This document shows, piece by piece, positions 58,521 through 64,000 of a stretch of 64,000 nt of DNA. A program made the position numbers and the translations under genes. The DNA is taken from the IMG/VR virus record IMGVR_UViG_3300031760_000005, positions 64,001 to 128,000 of that record; one strand, 5' to 3'. Source of the stretch: a virus (taxonomy: Duplodnaviria > Caudoviricetes). Position 1 is the first letter of the stretch, and each line of letters begins with the position of its first letter. The notes under the pieces are model-generated. The model made no database searches, was not told where the DNA came from, and saw only the letters and a list, made by a program, of their open reading frames with translations.

Positions 58521-60536
58521 ATGGCATTTAATGTAGAAAATAGACAAAGAATAATATTTATATCTGACGCTGTAGAAAGCGAAAATTTAAAGACATTATC
58601 TAAACAATATCCAAACGTTGTATTTTTTACTAATACTCCAGATACAAAACAACAATTTGTTATAGGTCAATATAATGAACGTTTTAATATAATAAAAGGA
58701 GGTAAAAAATATATTAACGTACAAGGTATAAATCCTGAACGTCAATCAGTATTAGTAGGCGATAAATTACTTATGTTAACCTATGATTCAGAAACAGGTT
58801 TAATAGGTTTGTCAATCGGTACTAATATTAATACAGTTAGAATATTGGGTATAGTTCCAATTAATAAAGATGACATTGCTGATAAAAGCAATTATGCTAG
58901 AGGTGGTTATTATGATAATAATACATATAAACAATTTTCATTACATAATTTTGATGGCGTATATAAATATTTAGTAAGTTCTAATGTAAATAAATTTGCT
59001 TTATATTTAGCTATACAACCAAATAGTGAAGGCGATTATAATAATAGTTTTGAATTTAATAATTATGAAGATATTTGTATTGGATCATCAAATAAAACAT
59101 TAAGTGCCAAAAAAATTGACAGTGTAAGTGATCTCGCTATTGATTTAGGACTTAATAATATTGATCATATTAATTCAGTATTGTTATATAATAGTACAAC
59201 TATACAAGATTTATTAGATGGAAAAACTGAAAATGATAATGAATTAAAAGTAAAATATCAAATATGTCGTTATGATATAGATTTTAATAAACAATTTGGT
59301 GGAATAGATGATGAAAGTTCTGATGATGAAAGTTCTTCTTTAACAATTTATCCAAGTTCTATAACTAATACAGCAAGTACATATAGATTATTTATTACTC
59401 CAGATGATGAAAATCCAATAATTGCAAATGCAGATAATTCAAATATTCCTAATATTATTATTGAACCATTTGTTAATAAATTTATAACAAAACAATATGA
59501 AGAAGTTGCTATACAAAATAATGCAGAATTAACTGCATTTAATCTTAAATTAATATTTGATAATGATAATGCTGACCTTAATGAGTTATATACTAATATA
59601 ATTAAAAAATATTTAAGTGACAAGGATAGTAATGGTAATAGTAATAGTAATTTTGGTTTAAATTTATATGTAGCAGGAAGAGATATTAATGATGGTATAA
59701 CAAGGTTTGTATCTATTGATGAAGTAAACATAAAATATAAAGAATTATATGGAGAAAATAATATTGGTATAGAATTTTCAATATTAGATCGTGATAATGT
59801 TGATTCTATTATTACAGAGGTTAAATTATATAGAGGTGTTACATCAGCATTATTGAATGTATTACATATAGAAAATGTTAAAAACTTATCATCTTTGGTA
59901 TTTGAAATTAAACCTATTATATTAAATGATGGAGATTCATGGAATTTTAAAATTTCAGAAAATTATGCGATAAATAATAAATATGCGTCTAATGAATTTA
60001 TAACTTATGTAGATGATAATAGAATATTTATTAATGATCCAATTTATAAATTTGGTTTATTTATTGGTGATAATAATGAAAATACTTATTCTACTATTAA
60101 AAACTTATTAACAAAAACAGGTTCATCAGATATAGAAATAAATACTAATCAAGTAAAACATATAAATTCTATAAATGATATAACAAATGGTATTGAATCT
60201 GAATATGTATTATCTGATAATTATAGATTACCTGATAATACTGGTGATTATGTATATATAACATTACCTAAAGAATTGTATTATAAAGACATAACTGAAG
60301 GACATGTACTTGAAAATATATGTTTATACATATCAAACTTTATATCATATGATTATGATGATTTTGGTAATACAAGTACTGCTTATTTTGTAACATTACC
60401 ACAAGTTATTGAAGAGTTTGAAGACGTAAATGATGGAATAGAATATGTATTATTAATGATAGATTCTCCTGTAACTAATAAGATTTTATTATTAAATAAT
60501 AAAGATAATAAAATTTACAATAAAATTACTTTTTAA
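58521..60536 (+). CDS. putative virion structural protein
   Basis: 671 aa, beta-rich. Confidence 0.5.
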   Translation: MAFNVENRQRIIFISDAVESENLKTLSKQYPNVVFFTNTPDTKQQFVIGQYNERFNIIKGGKKYINVQGINPERQSVLVGDKLLMLTYDSETGLIGLSIGTNINTVRILGIVPINKDDIADKSNYARGGYYDNNTYKQFSLHNFDGVYKYLVSSNVNKFALYLAIQPNSEGDYNNSFEFNNYEDICIGSSNKTLSAKKIDSVSDLAIDLGLNNIDHINSVLLYNSTTIQDLLDGKTENDNELKVKYQICRYDIDFNKQFGGIDDESSDDESSSLTIYPSSITNTASTYRLFITPDDENPIIANADNSNIPNIIIEPFVNKFITKQYEEVAIQNNAELTAFNLKLIFDNDNADLNELYTNIIKKYLSDKDSNGNSNSNFGLNLYVAGRDINDGITRFVSIDEVNIKYKELYGENNIGIEFSILDRDNVDSIITEVKLYRGVTSALLNVLHIENVKNLSSLVFEIKPIILNDGDSWNFKISENYAINNKYASNEFITYVDDNRIFINDPIYKFGLFIGDNNENTYSTIKNLLTKTGSSDIEINTNQVKHINSINDITNGIESEYVLSDNYRLPDNTGDYVYITLPKELYYKDITEGHVLENICLYISNFISYDYDDFGNTSTAYFVTLPQVIEEFEDVNDGIEYVLLMIDSPVTNKILLLNNKDNKIYNKITF

Positions 60537-60545
60537 AAATTAGAT

Positions 60546-62240
60546 ATGGCAAATACAGATAATATTACTTTAACTGGTCGTTTTAATGTTAAACCACGTC
60601 CAAATGGTATGTCAACAGCTGAAATTCATAATATTTATGGATTAAGATCAGAAGATTTAGCAGAATATAACACAGTTATTGGTTCAACAAGTTATGATAA
60701 ATATGATGAATATGATTCTGGAAATGATGCACCAGCATTATTAATACATGCTGCTGATATATTCTGGGGAGACGCTAAGTTAAGTTATTTGGCTAGTGAT
60801 AATTTAGATTTTGATGGATCATTTGGAAATAAATTATTCTTTCCTAATAAAACTGGTGATAGAGAAGGTGAAAAATCTTATCATATTAGAACATCTCAAG
60901 ATATTATTGCAGTTCTTGAATATCTTTTAGAACATATATCAGCTCCAGAGTTAACGATTACTCCATCACCTGAAAAACGTATAACTGCTTCTGAAGTAGT
61001 AACTGCAACTATTGCAAATTCTTCTGGAGTAGTTGAATGGATTCTTACTGAAAATGAAGGTACTAGTGGTCAAACATTTAGAAAGGACGTTGATGTTAAT
61101 AATGGCAATCGTGTAACAATAACACCTAATGATGATAGTCAGCCTGCCTCTAATAATGGTACAATATCAGTTAATATTGATAATTCAAGTTCTGGTAAAG
61201 CTATTATTACAGGAGAATTTAATAGAGGTGAAACATCATATAATGAATATGCAACCACAGTAACAGCTAAGTATAATGGTATTAATAAATCAGTTAGATT
61301 AATATTTAGTAAATCAACTCCATCCAAAACTGAAGGTACATGGACAATTTCATATAATGATGGTAGTACTTTACCACGCAATCTTGAAATAAATCAGGAT
61401 TTACCATTTAGTTTTACTGGTAATTTTGATAATACAAGATTTAAAGTTACAAATACTAGTTATGATTCAAATATTACATTACCAGCCAATACATTTAAAT
61501 TTACAAATAGTAGTGCAGAAAATAATATATATAATGCATCAATTAGTATTAAACATAAAGCTAAAAGTAATCCTACACTTACAATAAATGATCATGCTAA
61601 TAAAATAGCAGATGGTGAATCTATAGAAATTATTATTACTTCTAATACTACAGGTAACCTATCATTAGATACTTATAATGTTAATGGATGGGAAGCAGAG
61701 TGTACTAGCACTGGTGAAAAAACTCATAAAATTAGAATTACCAATTTGAGCACTGTTTCATCTGCTGGTTCTATTCCAACAAATGATATAAAAGCAACAT
61801 TTACACCAAATGGTACTAATGCTAAAGCATATAATACATTAACTAATCAAAATGTATTAAAGCAAGCAATTACTTTAAGTGCAGTAGTAATAAATTATTA
61901 TTGGTATGTTGGTTATAATCAAGATGCTTTTGTTAATCCTGAATCATTTAAAGCAAATATGTATACAACAAATACTAATGCTATTCCAACACAATATAGT
62001 AAATCTGGTGATAATGGATTAGATGTTTCAGTAACTGGTACTAGACCAAACTATCTTATTATGATTATACCATCAACATGGAGTACACCTAAAATATATG
62101 GTCAACTAAAAGATGCAGAAATTACGATGACATTAGAAAAACAAAATGTTACAATAACAGGTATATCTAATGAAACATTTAATGTATATAGTGGTACTGG
62201 TGAAATTTCAGATAGTAAAGTATTTATAAATTTAAATTAA
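60546..62240 (+). CDS. putative tail/fibre protein with Ig-like domains
   Basis: Thr/Ser/Asn-rich beta-sandwich-like segments; YYWYVG..., IIPSTW C-terminal module. Confidence 0.6.
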   Translation: MANTDNITLTGRFNVKPRPNGMSTAEIHNIYGLRSEDLAEYNTVIGSTSYDKYDEYDSGNDAPALLIHAADIFWGDAKLSYLASDNLDFDGSFGNKLFFPNKTGDREGEKSYHIRTSQDIIAVLEYLLEHISAPELTITPSPEKRITASEVVTATIANSSGVVEWILTENEGTSGQTFRKDVDVNNGNRVTITPNDDSQPASNNGTISVNIDNSSSGKAIITGEFNRGETSYNEYATTVTAKYNGINKSVRLIFSKSTPSKTEGTWTISYNDGSTLPRNLEINQDLPFSFTGNFDNTRFKVTNTSYDSNITLPANTFKFTNSSAENNIYNASISIKHKAKSNPTLTINDHANKIADGESIEIIITSNTTGNLSLDTYNVNGWEAECTSTGEKTHKIRITNLSTVSSAGSIPTNDIKATFTPNGTNAKAYNTLTNQNVLKQAITLSAVVINYYWYVGYNQDAFVNPESFKANMYTTNTNAIPTQYSKSGDNGLDVSVTGTRPNYLIMIIPSTWSTPKIYGQLKDAEITMTLEKQNVTITGISNETFNVYSGTGEISDSKVFINLN

Positions 62241-62263
62241 AAATATTTAAGTAAAATACAAAT

Positions 62264-64000
62264 ATGGCAATTTTATTAAATTCAGAAAGTGGAATTCAAT
62301 TTTCTAATGTAACATTACCTGGAGCAACAACAGGTAATAAACGTACTAATTCTACATATAAAGATAAATCAACTGGTAATAATGCATCTGCGCGTTCAAC
62401 AACAGAAATTAGTGAACCAACAGCAAGATTTGTCAATGCAATAGATATTGATTGGAATGGAGCAGAATGGCCAAGTTCTATACCATCTGCGCCAACAATA
62501 ATTAATACAACTGGTGATTTAATTAATGCAATTAAATATTCTGCAAACGCGCCCCACTCGCACGGCAATTATTTGACTGCTCATCAAAGTTTAGCTCACT
62601 CTCACACAGATTATATAACAACTGCAAGTACTGGTTTAACTAAAAGTGGTCAAACAATTAGTTTAAATAAAGCAGCTATTGATTCTGATTCATCATCTCC
62701 TCGTTTATTAGGTGGTATTTTACCATATAATGCATATAATTATGATATGTTAAATTATATTCAAAATATTACACCTAATAGTGGTAATCATAATTATGGT
62801 ATAACAGTAGATGAAAATGGTCTTGCATTTGTAGGATTACCTGAGTTTTCGTTAACAAGTCACTCTCACAGTCAATATTTGACAAGTTTAGCACACTCAC
62901 ATAGTCAATATGCAACAACTAGTCATGCGCACACTCAATATATAACAACAGCAGGTACTGGTTTAACTAAAAGTGGTCAAACACTTGGTTTAAACCAAGC
63001 AACAGAAGCACTATTAGGTGGTGTAATGGTTTCTTATCATTATACTTCAGTATTAAATAATATACAGGATGTTCATGCGGAGGGTGAAAGCTCTGAGATG
63101 CTTGACTCTCATTATCAATATCATTTTGGTTTACAATCAGATAGTACAGGTAAAGCATTTGTAAATATACCTCAGTTAGCATATTTAGGTACAAAATTAT
63201 ATTCTGTAAATTATAGTAATGGTAAACTTACAACAAATATAGATGAAAATTCAGGTTCTACAGAAGTAGTATCAGCATCTCAAATTGTTACTGATGGCGG
63301 TGGTATAAAATCATTAGCACACTCACATAGTCAGTATGCAACAACTAGTCATTCGCATTCCGATTATATAACAACTAATGGTACTGGCTTAAGTAAAAAT
63401 GGTCAAACACTTAGTTTAAAAACTGCATCAACTACTGAAATTGGTGGTATTAAAGCATCAATAGATAATGAAGAAATTGCAAGAATTTATCCAACTATAG
63501 CTGTTTCAAATGGTTTTGCATATGTAACTGGTGCAGCAAAAGACGATCATAATCACGATGATATATATTATACAGAAACAGAAGTTGATACTAAACTTAC
63601 CACAAAAGCAGATACAACTACTGTGCCTACTGATTTACAATTAGTTGGTAGCAACATAAAATTAAAAATTAATGGTTCTAGTTCTGGCACTGGTGTTAAT
63701 GCATCTACTATTGTAACAAGCGGTATTAATTCAAATGGAGCTAAACCAAAAGTTACAGATACTGGTCATGGTATTGAACGTACATTAGGTGCCATTAAAG
63801 TTAATGCTGTAAATGAAGGTAATGTTGATTTAACAACAGCATCATATGTTAGTGGTGATACTGTACAAAATTATGGAGTGGAAATCGATAGTACTGGTTT
63901 AGCATATGTACCATTAGCTGCAAATAAAATAGCAGAAGCTGGTGGAGGTTTGTTACATATAAAAGATGAAGTTTATGCAGATAACATAATGAATGGTGCA
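62264..64000 (+). CDS. tail fibre protein (5' part; runs off window end)
   Basis: Manual translation MAILLNSESGIQFSNVTLPG...VNAIDIDWNGA...; repeated HSH/HAH motifs, TGLTKSGQT repeats and LGG/IGG fibre motifs; open to window end. Confidence 0.8.
   Translation, partial: MAILLNSESGIQFSNVTLPGATTGNKRTNSTYKDKSTGNNASARSTTEISEPTARFVNAIDIDWNGAEWPSSIPSAPTIINTTGDLINAIKYSANAPHSHGNYLTAHQSLAHSHTDYITTASTGLTKSGQTISLNKAAIDSDSSSPRLLGGILPYNAYNYDMLNYIQNITPNSGNHNYGITVDENGLAFVGLPEFSLTSHSHSQYLTSLAHSHSQYATTSHAHTQYITTAGTGLTKSGQTLGLNQATEALLGGVMVSYHYTSVLNNIQDVHAEGESSEMLDSHYQYHFGLQSDSTGKAFVNIPQLAYLGTKLYSVNYSNGKLTTNIDENSGSTEVVSASQIVTDGGGIKSLAHSHSQYATTSHSHSDYITTNGTGLSKNGQTLSLKTASTTEIGGIKASIDNEEIARIYPTIAVSNGFAYVTGAAKDDHNHDDIYYTETEVDTKLTTKADTTTVPTDLQLVGSNIKLKINGSSSGTGVNASTIVTSGINSNGAKPKVTDTGHGIERTLGAIKVNAVNEGNVDLTTASYVSGDTVQNYGVEIDSTGLAYVPLAANKIAEAGGGLLHIKDEVYADNIMNGA

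Noticed and set aside
1-64000. Active TAG-to-Gln recoding within this window
   Set aside because: Genes are intact and tightly packed under the standard code, and no TAG-interrupted frames were found. Only TAG avoidance is supported.
1-64000. tRNA or rRNA genes
   Set aside because: No cloverleaf with a T-loop GTTCRA context or rRNA-like sequence was seen in the short intergenic regions; tRNAscan was not run.

Overview
This is a 64 kb segment of a very AT-rich, gene-dense jumbo/mega-phage genome with T4-like morphogenesis genes. These include a gp2-like DNA end protector, a gp4-like head-completion nuclease, a tail-tube-family protein, a 3727-aa tape-measure-like protein and a baseplate/fibre block at the right end. 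The host is probably Bacteroidota, inferred from a Bacteroidales-type OmpA and a BT0820-like HAD. Accessory genes include RtcB, GMP reductase, dUTPase, a GT2 glycosyltransferase, UDP-glucuronate decarboxylase, a Nudix hydrolase, a ribosomal-protein-S1-like protein, YqeY, a DEDDh exonuclease, a MoxR AAA+/HEXXH-VWA pair and a lysis cluster. Four signals stand out. (1) About 20 ORFs, mostly unrelated, share a 10-residue N-terminal peptide (MKxL/Ixx(F/Y)I/LxE) that matches the T4 internal-protein capsid-targeting sequence, implying a large virion-packaged protein cargo. (2) Five of those tagged genes form a DUF285/BspA-like repeat family with constant caps and 26 shuffled 24-aa modules, reminiscent of a VLR-like binder repertoire. 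(3) Two promoter-like motif classes recur, and a structured leader sits upstream of the lysis genes. (4) No credible gene uses a TAG stop. No tRNA, rRNA, CRISPR array or IS element was seen. All product calls come from motif recognition by eye, not database searches.
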